Origin: an uncultured Acidobacteriota bacterium
GTDB lineage: Bacteria > Acidobacteriota > Thermoanaerobaculia > Multivoradales > JAHEKO01
Length of the DNA stretch: 64,000 nucleotides
Assembly (NCBI GenBank): GCA_963713825.1
Contig: CAVQNG010000004.1
Coordinates: 256,001 to 320,000 of the forward strand
Direction of reading: 5' to 3'
Shown: positions 26,931 through 36,368 of the stretch, one piece after another
How positions within the stretch are numbered: the first letter of the stretch is position 1
Layout: each line of letters starts with the position of its first letter
The notes under the pieces: model-generated
What the model saw: only the letters and a program-made list of their open reading frames with translations
Told to the model about the DNA's origin: nothing
The model's database searches: none
Translations under genes and position numbers: made by a program

Positions 26931-28515
26931 CCTGTTGCCCTTCCTTCTGCGCCAATCGCTGTCGCAGGGCATTGCGGTCAATCTTGCCGGTCGGCGTCCG
27001 CGGCATGGCCTCGACGACCGTGATGTCCTCCGGCAAGCTGTGTTGAGGCAGAACGCTCTTCAATCGAGAGAGGACGTCACGGCGTCCGGGCCACCCGCGG
27101 TCCGCGACCACCACCACCGACTGAAGAGCCCAGCTTCCCTCTCCGTCCGGGACGGTGAAAGCAGCGGCCTCCTCGACCGGATCGAGTGTCAGCAGCGCCA
27201 TCTCGATCTCCTCGAGCTCCACACGGTGTCCCCGAATCTTGACCTGGCGATCGGCCCGTGTGACAAACGTCAGATTGCCATCTGCGCGCACCCGGACCCT
27301 GTCCCCGGTGCGGAAGTAGATCTCTTCGAGGTCGCCACCGACCGGCCGCCGAATCAGGACTTCGCGGCTGCGCTGCGGTTCGCCCCAATAGCCCGACATG
27401 ACCGTCGAACCGCGGACAAGCAACTCCCCCACCTCGCCATCGGGTACCGAACGAAGCTCGCTATCGACAACCGCGGTGCTCGAAGTCCAGCACGCCTTAC
27501 CGATGGGAACCGGGTTCTCGAACGACTCCCCCTCGGGCAGATGGTAGTAGGTACAGACATTGACCTCGGTCGAACCGTAGACGTGACTGAAACGAGCCTC
27601 CGGCAGCTGTCTTTTGATCCGGCGTAGGTGCTTGTTGGGAAAAATCTCACCGGCGAAAAGGACCCATCGCAGGCAGGACAAGTCTCTCGCCTCGAGATCG
27701 CCGCGCACCGACAGCTGAACGAGGGCGGTGGGCACCGAGTACCACACCGAGACTCGCTCCTTTTCGAGCCCGGCCGAGAGGCTGCCGGGCATCATCAGCA
27801 TGGCCGGCGTCAAGATCACGGTGGTAGCGCCGGCACGGGCAGCGGCGTAGTAGTCGAAGGTGGCGAAGCAGGTGTGATGCGACGAGTGGTTGCTAAGGCG
27901 ATCGTCACCGTTCAATGAATACTCATCGACAGCCCAGTCGACGAAGCTCATCGCGCTCCGATGCGTGTGGAGAATCAGCTTCGGGGTGCCAGTCGTGCCC
28001 GAGGTATGAAGGATGTAGGACGGATCCATGTCGATGACCTCGACGCCGGGTGGCCGGTCGGTGGCCGCCTCGGAGACGTCCGACCATGGATGGCATCGTC
28101 GAGGCCTGTCGGTCTCGGCCGCCTCCAACCCCACTACATGTTCCACCCATGGACAGCGCTCGAGTACATTGACCACGAGCTGTTGCTTGCCCGGTTCCGT
28201 GACGAGATACCTGGCTCCGGTAGCCCGCAAGATCCGAGCGACCCTCTCGACTGGAGATCGGGGATCAATCGGCACCAGGACTCCGCCCGCCGCGAGCACC
28301 CCGTAAAAGCCCACGGGCACCTTCAGTCCTTTACTGAGCAGGACCGCGACGCGGTTCCGGCGCTGCAGTCCGGCCTCCAATAGGACTCCTGCAAGGCCGT
28401 TCGAGTGCCGGGCCAGCTGCTCGTAGCTCAAGGCCTCGCCATCACAGCGGACGGCGCAAGCGTCGGGATGACGCAGTGCGGCCTCGTCGATCATGCGGTG
28501 GACCAGCATTACCAT
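26923..28515 (-). CDS. Stand-alone adenylation enzyme, PltF/RedM (prolyl-AMP ligase)-like but with an atypical pocket
   Basis: HTSGTTGTPK, WYSVP, LFAGE, YGSTEVNVCT, YFRTGD, QVKIRGHRVEL and TGKIDR. Confidence 0.88.
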   Translation of the reverse strand: MVMLVHRMIDEAALRHPDACAVRCDGEALSYEQLARHSNGLAGVLLEAGLQRRNRVAVLLSKGLKVPVGFYGVLAAGGVLVPIDPRSPVERVARILRATGARYLVTEPGKQQLVVNVLERCPWVEHVVGLEAAETDRPRRCHPWSDVSEAATDRPPGVEVIDMDPSYILHTSGTTGTPKLILHTHRSAMSFVDWAVDEYSLNGDDRLSNHSSHHTCFATFDYYAAARAGATTVILTPAMLMMPGSLSAGLEKERVSVWYSVPTALVQLSVRGDLEARDLSCLRWVLFAGEIFPNKHLRRIKRQLPEARFSHVYGSTEVNVCTYYHLPEGESFENPVPIGKACWTSSTAVVDSELRSVPDGEVGELLVRGSTVMSGYWGEPQRSREVLIRRPVGGDLEEIYFRTGDRVRVRADGNLTFVTRADRQVKIRGHRVELEEIEMALLTLDPVEEAAAFTVPDGEGSWALQSVVVVADRGWPGRRDVLSRLKSVLPQHSLPEDITVVEAMPRTPTGKIDRNALRQRLAQKEGQQDD

Positions 28516-28648
28516 CTGTCGCTTTCCGACCTCCCGTCCACGGGATCGGCCAGCGAGCAGCACACCGTGGCAGTCACTGCCAGGCGCGATCCTTCGAGAC
28601 AACACCACCCGGTCGAGGACGACCGAACTAGGGCCGCAAGAGAAGCGT

Positions 28649-29923
28649 TCATGGACTCACCGTTCGGAGCAGCGATTTCACCCGCTTGGTCAAATGGAAG
28701 TCGAGGCCGAAAGCCCGTTCGACCATCCAAACACAAGACACCAGAATCATCACGATGGCGGCCACCGGCAAGACCAGATTGCGGTAGATGGCCACCCTCC
28801 GTATCAGAAACAGCGCCGGGAACAACACTGCCACGATGAAGAGGACACCAACTCCGATTCCCAGATCGAACGCGAAGAGAGACAGGCCGAAGTTCTCGCC
28901 GAGGACGCCGAGACCCGAGATCGCAGCAGCGAAACCGAAACCATGAAACCAGCCGCAGACCAAGACGACGATCCACTTCCGACTTCGAAACAGTGGGATC
29001 AGGATGTTGGCCGCTGCCAGTGCCACCGTCAAGGCAATGGCCACCTCGACCAGACGCTCCGGCAGACGGAGCGCTCCCAGCGCAGCGAGGGCCAGCGTCA
29101 GGCTGTAACCGACGATGTAGGCGACAACCAGCTTGGCGAGATCGAGAAACGCCGGCTTGAACTCATCCACCGGCTGCCATGCTCCGTCGGTCCCGCGGAC
29201 CAGCACTGCCGGCAACAGCAATGCGATCAGGAACAGAGCGTGGTCGAAGCCGAACAGCATGTGCTCGAGCCCCAGGACCAGAACCGCGATGAATCCACGC
29301 AGTCGACCCGAGGAAGTCAAATCGAGCTGCTGACGTCGACCGCCAGAGCTGAAGACCAACGCAATCTGGTTCTCGTTCGCGAACGTCCCTGTTGCCCAGT
29401 TGTGCTCGATCAGCAGGTAGCCGCGGTGGTCGGGATCCTCATCCAAGAGGACCGAATAGTCGACGGTCAGAACGTCGGGAACGTCGTCGAAGCCACTGAG
29501 GTCGAAGGAGAGCAGGGCAAAACCATCGTGGGCCTGGAGATACTCGTGGGTGGTGAATTCGATGGCCAGAGGTCCCTGCTCTGAGGACAGCTTCACGTGT
29601 TCGAGGTAGTAGTCGTGCAGAAAGCCGATTCTCGCGTCGAGGTTGTCCTCCGTGATCTCGCCCTCAGTACCCGAAAACCCGAGCGCCGGATTCAGGTCCG
29701 AGAGCGCTATCTCGAAGCGTCCGCCCAGGCTTTCCGGGTAGACCTGGAGATAGAGGTAGCTCTCGCCCGTGTTGTGAGCACCCATCGGACCCGTCGAAAA
29801 GGCGATCAACGCGATGCAGAGCATCCACCGCAAGGCCTTACCGACCGGTGTCGAAGCGGTTGGAGCTATGCGGCGTTCTGCTGCCGTCGGCTTGGTTCTG
29901 TAAAACAGTTCGAGTCCGCTCAT
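28649..29923 (-). CDS. HupE/UreJ-family membrane protein with N-terminal extracytoplasmic domain
   Basis: Signal ending in …MGA-H, LGLEHMLFGFDHALF, YSLTL, VEVAIA and GWFHGFGFA. True start may be downstream. Confidence 0.85.
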   Translation of the reverse strand: MSGLELFYRTKPTAAERRIAPTASTPVGKALRWMLCIALIAFSTGPMGAHNTGESYLYLQVYPESLGGRFEIALSDLNPALGFSGTEGEITEDNLDARIGFLHDYYLEHVKLSSEQGPLAIEFTTHEYLQAHDGFALLSFDLSGFDDVPDVLTVDYSVLLDEDPDHRGYLLIEHNWATGTFANENQIALVFSSGGRRQQLDLTSSGRLRGFIAVLVLGLEHMLFGFDHALFLIALLLPAVLVRGTDGAWQPVDEFKPAFLDLAKLVVAYIVGYSLTLALAALGALRLPERLVEVAIALTVALAAANILIPLFRSRKWIVVLVCGWFHGFGFAAAISGLGVLGENFGLSLFAFDLGIGVGVLFIVAVLFPALFLIRRVAIYRNLVLPVAAIVMILVSCVWMVERAFGLDFHLTKRVKSLLRTVSP

Positions 29924-31065
29924 CCGAGCCCCCTGAGTCCAGCAATCAGATTTCGTTGGATCTCGGAAGTACCGACGTAGAGTGTCGTGGCGAGGGCGTC
30001 ACGCAGCTCTCGCTCCAGTTCGTAGTCGACCATGTATCCGTAGCCTCCGAAGATCTGCACCGCACTGCGACAGATCGCCACGTACGCCTCGCTAGTGGCG
30101 AGTTTGGCGAGGGCCGACTCCCGGGCCGCAATACCGTGAGCCGACCGATGCCAGGCGGCCCGGTACAGCAAGAGACGAGCCGACTCCAGCTGTAGCTCCA
30201 TATCGGCGATGCAGTGGGCAATCGACTGATGGCTGCCGATCGGAACCGAGCCTGCAGTTCGCTGGCGAGCATGATCGACACAGCGCTCCAAGATCCGCTG
30301 CATCACCCCGACAGCCGGAGCCATCACCAGTATCCGCTCCACATCCATCGTATGGTTGAAGATCATCATCCCGGAACCGATCTGCCCCACGACTGCCGAG
30401 CCCGAAACGCGAGAATTCTCCAGAAAGAGTTGTGACATCGGACTGGTTCGCAGTCCCATCTTCTCGATCGGTTCTCCCACCGTCAGCCCTGCGGTGTCCC
30501 TGGGGATCAGGAAGCAGCTGAGACCAGCCAAACCGCTGCCTCCCGTCCGAGCGTAGATGATGAAGAGATCCGCTACCGGAGCGTTGGTGACAAACGTTTT
30601 CGATCCGTTCAGGATCCAGTCTCCATTCTCCTCGACCGCCGTGGTCTCGAGCGCGAATGCGTCCGAACCCGAGTTCGGTTCCGTGATTCCGGTGGCACCG
30701 ATCGCAGTGCCCGATGCCAACCGTGGCAGCCACTCGTCCTTTTGCGCGTCACTTCCGAACGCACAGAGCGGGCCGGCACACGACGCGGCATGCGCGGTGA
30801 CCGAGAAGACCAGTCCGTTGTCCAGAGCCCCATACCCGGCGCCCTCGAGCACAGCGACAGCGGTCAGCAGATCGTGCCCCGTGCCCTGCCATTGCTCGGG
30901 GATCATGATGCCCTGCAAGCCGAACTCGGCGCACGCATCCCACAGCTCTCGAGAGAACCGGCCGGCGCGATCGCGCTCGATCACTGCGTCGACCAGGCGA
31001 CTCGAGGCAAACTCCACGGCGCCGCGGTTTAGCCTCGTTTGGTCATCGGTCCAGTCGAACTCCAC
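29920..31065 (-). CDS. Acyl-CoA dehydrogenase family protein, PltE/RedW (prolyl-PCP dehydrogenase)-like
   Basis: GYGALDNGLVFS, ITEPNSGSDA, LNGSKTFVTNAP, KMGLRTSP, QIFGGYGY and GTSEIQR. GGAGG RBS before GTG. Confidence 0.88.
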   Translation of the reverse strand: MEFDWTDDQTRLNRGAVEFASSRLVDAVIERDRAGRFSRELWDACAEFGLQGIMIPEQWQGTGHDLLTAVAVLEGAGYGALDNGLVFSVTAHAASCAGPLCAFGSDAQKDEWLPRLASGTAIGATGITEPNSGSDAFALETTAVEENGDWILNGSKTFVTNAPVADLFIIYARTGGSGLAGLSCFLIPRDTAGLTVGEPIEKMGLRTSPMSQLFLENSRVSGSAVVGQIGSGMMIFNHTMDVERILVMAPAVGVMQRILERCVDHARQRTAGSVPIGSHQSIAHCIADMELQLESARLLLYRAAWHRSAHGIAARESALAKLATSEAYVAICRSAVQIFGGYGYMVDYELERELRDALATTLYVGTSEIQRNLIAGLRGLG

Positions 31066-31237
31066 TTGTCCTCCGATCCGAGATTCGGCCTGTGCTCAGA
31101 CTCTCTGTGCCGGGCCCTTCTGCGTTTCGCCCCTACCGCCGTGCGCCAGGCGCGCTCGATTCCTGCGCAGCCCTGACGCTGTGGGCCCGAATCGAATTAG
31201 GATTATGACACCACTCGTGCGGCATGGCGGGGGTGGC

Positions 31238-32044
31238 TCAAGGCGGCTTCAATGGCCCTTCGAGGCCTACCGTTCTCGGGGTCCAGTCCCGCAGGCTGAT
31301 GGTCGCATCCGGCTGAGTCACGGCCAAAGCCGCTGCGAAGCCCGGGGCGACTCTCAAGCGGTGCACGAAGCCCTTCGTCTCTGAGTCGCGGGGGTCCACC
31401 CCTACGACCTCGGCGTGGGTGTCATCGGAAACGAGACGGATCTCGAAGCGGCTGAGCGGCACGGACAGACCTCCACCTCGAGCCTTGACCCAGGCTTCTT
31501 TGCACGTCCAGTAGTCGAAGAACAGTAGGGATCGGACCTCGGGTAGCGCCGCGGCGATCGCGGCGGCCTCGGCTGGCGTGAAGTACCTCGAGGCAATCTC
31601 GGTGTGGTCCATGTCGTCTCGGATCTTCTCCAGATCGATACCCAATTCCCGGCGCACGGCGACTGCGAGCAGAGCCATCCCATGGGAATGACTCGTATTG
31701 AAGCCGAGGTCCTCCCATGCCCTCTTGCCGACCAACCGAGGCTTGTCCTGAGGACCGTAATCGAAGCGAAGATTCCGCGGATTCTCCTGCAGGTAGAGGG
31801 CGAGCACGGTGCGGAGCTGTCCCCGACGCACGATGAAGTGCCGACGAAGCTCCTGGAACGAGAATCGCGACGCCCTGTGCAGCTCGTCTTCACTCAACAG
31901 CGACCTCAGGGAATGCACGACCCCATCGGACACGCTCAGAGAGGCGCGCCAGACGTGCACCTGGGTGTCGGTCAGATCAGGGCTGGAGGATTCGCTCAAA
32001 CTGACCCGAACCTGACAGCGAGGCTTGCTGGAACCCGGACTCAA
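31238..32044 (-). CDS. Sfp-type 4'-phosphopantetheinyl transferase
   Basis: VHVW, LSEDELHRA, KP, FNTSHS, LGIDLE and WTCKEAWVKARGGGL. True start probably near 32000. Confidence 0.92.
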   Translation of the reverse strand: MSPGSSKPRCQVRVSLSESSSPDLTDTQVHVWRASLSVSDGVVHSLRSLLSEDELHRASRFSFQELRRHFIVRRGQLRTVLALYLQENPRNLRFDYGPQDKPRLVGKRAWEDLGFNTSHSHGMALLAVAVRRELGIDLEKIRDDMDHTEIASRYFTPAEAAAIAAALPEVRSLLFFDYWTCKEAWVKARGGGLSVPLSRFEIRLVSDDTHAEVVGVDPRDSETKGFVHRLRVAPGFAAALAVTQPDATISLRDWTPRTVGLEGPLKPP

Positions 32045-32585
32045 TCAGTACCTGGCGAAGGGTCTCGGCGTCGGAGAGACCCGGGCGTAGGTAGGTGATT
32101 CGCCCTTGGGTGTCGATCACCATCACGGTGGGTAGAGCATAGACCTGCAAGCTCACACCGAGAACTTCTTCGGTGTCGATCGCAACGGGATACGGAAAGG
32201 GACTCTTCTCGACGAACTCCCGCACGATGTCGTCGGGCTCACCCAGACTGATGGCCAGAAACTCGACCGACGGGCCCTGAACTTCTTTGTAGAGCTCCTC
32301 GAGAATTTGCGCCTGGAGACGGCACGGACCACACCAGGTGGCCCAGAAGTCGATAAGAACGACCCGGCCAGAATAATCGGCCAGGCGAACCCTCCCCCCG
32401 TCGAGATCGGGTAGATCGAAATCGGGCGCTGGAGGACCACCCTGTTGCTCGGGTGTCTCTCCAGCGCCCGTTTGGAGCGTTTTCCAGACCAGCACACCGC
32501 CAGCGATGAGAAATAGCAGTCCGACAACCAAAAGCACCGCACTCGTCGTAGTACCGCGGGGCTTGGGATGAACCGTCTTCGGCAT
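31977..32585 (-). CDS. TlpA/ResA-family membrane-anchored thiol-disulfide reductase
   Basis: N-terminal TM helix, APDFDL and DFWATWCGPC. Confidence 0.92.
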   Translation of the reverse strand: MPKTVHPKPRGTTTSAVLLVVGLLFLIAGGVLVWKTLQTGAGETPEQQGGPPAPDFDLPDLDGGRVRLADYSGRVVLIDFWATWCGPCRLQAQILEELYKEVQGPSVEFLAISLGEPDDIVREFVEKSPFPYPVAIDTEEVLGVSLQVYALPTVMVIDTQGRITYLRPGLSDAETLRQVLIESGFQQASLSGSGQFERILQP

Positions 32586-32647
32586 CGCCCGAGCTTATGT
32601 CAAAGCAGAGTCGCGTGAAAAGCTCGGTGCGGTCGCGGCCCGACCAG

Positions 32648-33280
32648 CTACTTCTTCTTCGCCGGGGCCTTTTTCTTGGCCGGGGCCTTCTTCGCTGCTG
32701 TCTTCTTCTTGGCTGGGGCCTTCCTTGCGGCCTTCTTCGTCGCTCTGGTCGACTTTCTCGCAGACTTCTTCGTCGATCTGGCCGACTTTCTCGCAGCCTT
32801 CTTTGTCGTTCTGGTCGACTTTCTCGCAGCCTTCTTCTTCGCTCTGGTCACCTTCTTGGCGACCTTTTTCTTTGCTCTCGCGACCTTCTTGGCGACGCGC
32901 TTGCGACTGGCGGCCATCTTCTTGGCAGCGGCCTTCTTCTGGGCCGCCGTCATTTTGCTGGCAGCCTTCTTGATCGCCTTCTTGCGCGCTGCGACCTTCT
33001 TCTTGGCCGTGGCCTTCCGCTTGGCGGCGATCTTCTTGGCAGCGGCCCTCTTCTGGGCCGGCGTCATCTTCTTGGCCGGAGCCTTCTTTGCTGCAGTCTT
33101 CTTCTTAGCTGGAGCCTTCTTTGCTGCAGTCTTCTTCTTGGCTGGAGCCTTCTTTGCTGCAGTCTTCTTCTTGGCTGGAGCCTTCTTTGCTGCAGTCTTC
33201 TTCTTGGCTGCAGCCTTCTTCTTGGCCGGAGCCTTCTTTTTCGCCGGCGCCTTCTTCTTCGCCGTACTCTTCGTAGCCAT
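32648..33280 (-). CDS. Histone H1-like Lys/Ala-rich protein
   Basis: Composed almost entirely of KKAPAKKK-type repeats; GGAGG RBS upstream. Confidence 0.8.
   Translation of the reverse strand: MATKSTAKKKAPAKKKAPAKKKAAAKKKTAAKKAPAKKKTAAKKAPAKKKTAAKKAPAKKKTAAKKAPAKKMTPAQKRAAAKKIAAKRKATAKKKVAARKKAIKKAASKMTAAQKKAAAKKMAASRKRVAKKVARAKKKVAKKVTRAKKKAARKSTRTTKKAARKSARSTKKSARKSTRATKKAARKAPAKKKTAAKKAPAKKKAPAKKK
33078..33209. repeat. Four tandem 33-bp coding repeats
   Basis: GGAGCCTTCTTTGCTGCAGTCTTCTTCTTRGCT x4, encoding AKKKTAAKKAP. Confidence 0.9.
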
Positions 33281-33545
33281 CGTCTGTTCCTCCCGCCCCT
33301 CCTACCGGGGCAATCGAGCCCTTACGCTCGACACCTAGCAAGGATGCGTGATTGCGCCTTGCCTAAAAGGGGCCGACGCGGCCCCGACGAATGTCGAAGA
33401 AACGATTCCCTCGACACAGATTCCTGCGAGCCCCACTGGCTCGTATTCGCAACGACCTGCCGACTCGCCGCACGATGCGCGAGACCGAAAGGTCGCAAAT
33501 CTGAAACTGTGAGGAGCACTGCAAAGGTTGGGTCGCTAGCCCGGC

Positions 33546-36368
33546 TCAACTACAGCCGCTGGTCGACCCACAGTTGAGGCATTTGTAGCAAGTCCCGTTG
33601 CGTACCATGATCGATCCGCATTCCTGACAACTCGGAGCATCCTGTTGGTAGAGGAAGGTTACCTTACTGTTGCTTTCGTTACCAGTGCCAAATGCCACAA
33701 CGTTCGTATCCGTGTTCGACGCTCCCGAGTCGGTCGTCTCCGTTGGTTCGTCTCTCAACACCACACCAGCTCTCTGCTGTCCCTCACGGCTGAGGAACTT
33801 GGAAGCCAGCCACCGGAAGATGTAGTCCATGATCGACTTGGCGATCGGGATCTCCGGATTGTTGGTGAAGCCGGAAGGCTCGAAGCGCGTGTGGCTGAAC
33901 TTGTCGACGAGTGTCTGCAACGGCACGCCGTACTGCAGTGCAATGGAGACCGAAGTCGCCAGGGCATCCATGAGGCCGGAGATCGTCGAGCCCTCCTTGG
34001 CCATGACAAGGAAGATCTCACCCGGCATACCGTGGTCGTAGAGACCGACCGTGATGTAACCCTCGTGACCGTTGACCGAGAACTTGTGCGTGATGGCTCG
34101 TCGCTCGTCGGAGAGCTTGCGGCGGCGAGGCTTGCCCTCGGCGCTTTCGACTTCCTTCGTCTTGGTCTTCGTCTCCGTCTTGCTCGTCGATAGTGGCTGA
34201 CTCTGCTTGCAGCCATCCCTGTAGACGGCGATCGCCTTCAAACCCAGACGCCAGCCTTCCATGTAGGCATCCTGGATCTCTTCTGGCGTTGACTCCTCCG
34301 GCATATTGATGGTCTTGCTGATGGCGCCAGAAACGAAAGGCTGCACCGCGGCCAACATCTTCAGGTGGCCCATGTGGTGGATCGACCGCGAGCCCTGCGC
34401 CGGCTTGAAGGCACAGTCGAAGACGGCCAGGTGCTCGTCCTTGAGATTCGGTGCACCTTCGATCGTGTCGTGCTCGTCGATGTACTCGACGATCCCCTTG
34501 ATCTCTTCCCGCTCGTAGCCGAGGCGCTTGAGAGCTACCGGCACGGTGTTGTTGACAATCTTGATCATGCCGCCACCGACCAGTCGCTTGTACTTGACCA
34601 GGGCGATGTCGGGCTCGATGCCCGTCGTGTCGCAGTCCATCATGAAGGCGATGGTGCCGGTCGGCGCGATCACCGAGATCTGACTGTTGCGCAGACCCTG
34701 GCTGTCGCCGAGCGCCACGACCTCGTCCCATACGTCCTTCGCACCTCGCAACAGCTCCAGTGGAACGTGTGCCGCGTCGATGCTCTTGACGGAGTCCCGA
34801 TGCTTGCGCATCACCTTCATCATCGGTTCTCTGTTGTCCTCGAAACCGGCGAACGGTCCCTCGACACCCGCAATCCTCGCCGACTGGGCGTAGGAAGCTC
34901 CCGACATCACCGCGCTGATCGCGCCGGCATAGTCGCGGCCCGCGTCGGAATCGTAGGGCAGTCCCCGCGCCATCAACAGCGCGCCGAGGTTGGCAAAGCC
35001 GATCCCCAGAGGACGGTAGTCATGGGAGTTCTTCTCGATCGCCGGGGTGGGATAGCCAGCGTTCTCGACGATGATCTCTTGTGCCGTGATCACCACCTCA
35101 CAGGCGTGCTTGAAGCTCTCGACATCGAAGCGCTCGTTGTCCGCGTTGTAGAACTTGAGCAGGTTCATCGAAGCCAGATTGCAGGCCGTGTCGTCCAGGA
35201 ACATGTACTCGCTGCAAGGATTGCTCGAATTGATGCGAGCCGTATTCGGGCAAGTGTGCCACTCGTTGATGGTGGTGTCGAACTGCATGCCGGGATCGCC
35301 ACAGACCCAGGTCGACTCCGCCACCATGCGCATCAGGTCCTGCGCTTTGTAGTCGTCGATCGGCCGCCCATCGGTGACCGCCTTGGTGGACCATTCTCCG
35401 TCATTTTCGACCGCCTCCATGAACTCGTCCGACGCGCGCACAGAGTGGTTGGCATTCTGGTAGAAGACCGAGTCGTAGGCGCCGCCCGGGACATTGAAAC
35501 CGCCGTCATAGCCCGCTTCGATCAGGGCCCAGGCCTTGCGCTCCTCCACCTGCTTGCAGTTGATGAACTCTTCGATGTCCGGATGCTCGACGTCGAGGAT
35601 CACCATCTTCGCGGCCCGCCGGGTCTTGCCACCGCTCTTGATGACACCGGCAAAGGCATCGAAACCCTTCATGAACGAGACCGGACCCGAAGCGGTACCG
35701 CCGCCGGCCAGAGCTTCCTTGGACGATCGCAACGTCGACAGATTGCTGCCGGTGCCGGAACCGAATTTGAAGAGCATGCCCTCGGTCTTCGCCAAACCGA
35801 GAATGGAGGGCATCGTGTCCTTGACCGAGTTGATGAAGCAGGCCGAGCACTGGGGTTGTTCCTCGAGACCGACGTTGAACCAGACCGGAGAATTGAAACA
35901 GGCGACCTGGTGCAGCAGGATGTGGGTCAGCTCGGCATGGAAGGTCGCGGCATCGTCGTCGGTGGCGAAATAGCCATCCTTACGGCCCCATTCGGTCATC
36001 GTGTCTGCGACCCGGCCGATGAGCTGACGGACGCTGGTCTCACGGCCCTCGGTTCCCAGCTGGCCCCGGAAGTATTTGCTCACCACGACGTTCGTGGCAG
36101 TCTGGGACCAGGCCTTCGGCACCTCGACATCATTCTGCTCGAAGATCACATCGCCCTTCTCATTGCTGATGCGGGCGTCACGCAGCTCCCATTCGACGGC
36201 GTCGTACGGATGGACGTCGGGCGTCGTGAACACACGATCGAAATTCAATCCGATCTGCCTCTGGGCGATGACCGCCTCGTCTCCACTGCTCTTACCGGTC
36301 AGCACCGCACCCTGCTCCTCTCCGCCTGTCGATTCCGTACGTACCGTCACTTCAAGCCCCCTGCCCAT
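33546..36368 (-). CDS. nrdJ: Adenosylcobalamin-dependent (class II) ribonucleotide reductase
   Basis: FNSPVWFN, QCSACFI, GGKTRRAAKM, SNPCSE, APTGTI, GAISKT, a TSCPD-like domain and a C-terminal zinc ribbon. Confidence 0.96.
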   Translation of the reverse strand: MGRGLEVTVRTESTGGEEQGAVLTGKSSGDEAVIAQRQIGLNFDRVFTTPDVHPYDAVEWELRDARISNEKGDVIFEQNDVEVPKAWSQTATNVVVSKYFRGQLGTEGRETSVRQLIGRVADTMTEWGRKDGYFATDDDAATFHAELTHILLHQVACFNSPVWFNVGLEEQPQCSACFINSVKDTMPSILGLAKTEGMLFKFGSGTGSNLSTLRSSKEALAGGGTASGPVSFMKGFDAFAGVIKSGGKTRRAAKMVILDVEHPDIEEFINCKQVEERKAWALIEAGYDGGFNVPGGAYDSVFYQNANHSVRASDEFMEAVENDGEWSTKAVTDGRPIDDYKAQDLMRMVAESTWVCGDPGMQFDTTINEWHTCPNTARINSSNPCSEYMFLDDTACNLASMNLLKFYNADNERFDVESFKHACEVVITAQEIIVENAGYPTPAIEKNSHDYRPLGIGFANLGALLMARGLPYDSDAGRDYAGAISAVMSGASYAQSARIAGVEGPFAGFEDNREPMMKVMRKHRDSVKSIDAAHVPLELLRGAKDVWDEVVALGDSQGLRNSQISVIAPTGTIAFMMDCDTTGIEPDIALVKYKRLVGGGMIKIVNNTVPVALKRLGYEREEIKGIVEYIDEHDTIEGAPNLKDEHLAVFDCAFKPAQGSRSIHHMGHLKMLAAVQPFVSGAISKTINMPEESTPEEIQDAYMEGWRLGLKAIAVYRDGCKQSQPLSTSKTETKTKTKEVESAEGKPRRRKLSDERRAITHKFSVNGHEGYITVGLYDHGMPGEIFLVMAKEGSTISGLMDALATSVSIALQYGVPLQTLVDKFSHTRFEPSGFTNNPEIPIAKSIMDYIFRWLASKFLSREGQQRAGVVLRDEPTETTDSGASNTDTNVVAFGTGNESNSKVTFLYQQDAPSCQECGSIMVRNGTCYKCLNCGSTSGCS

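Noticed and set aside
32597-33577. Plus-strand ORFs 32597-33577 and 32676-33338 (Leu/Phe/Ala-rich)
   Set aside because: Antisense mirrors of the Lys/Ala repeat gene, which has the RBS and the orientation of its neighbours.
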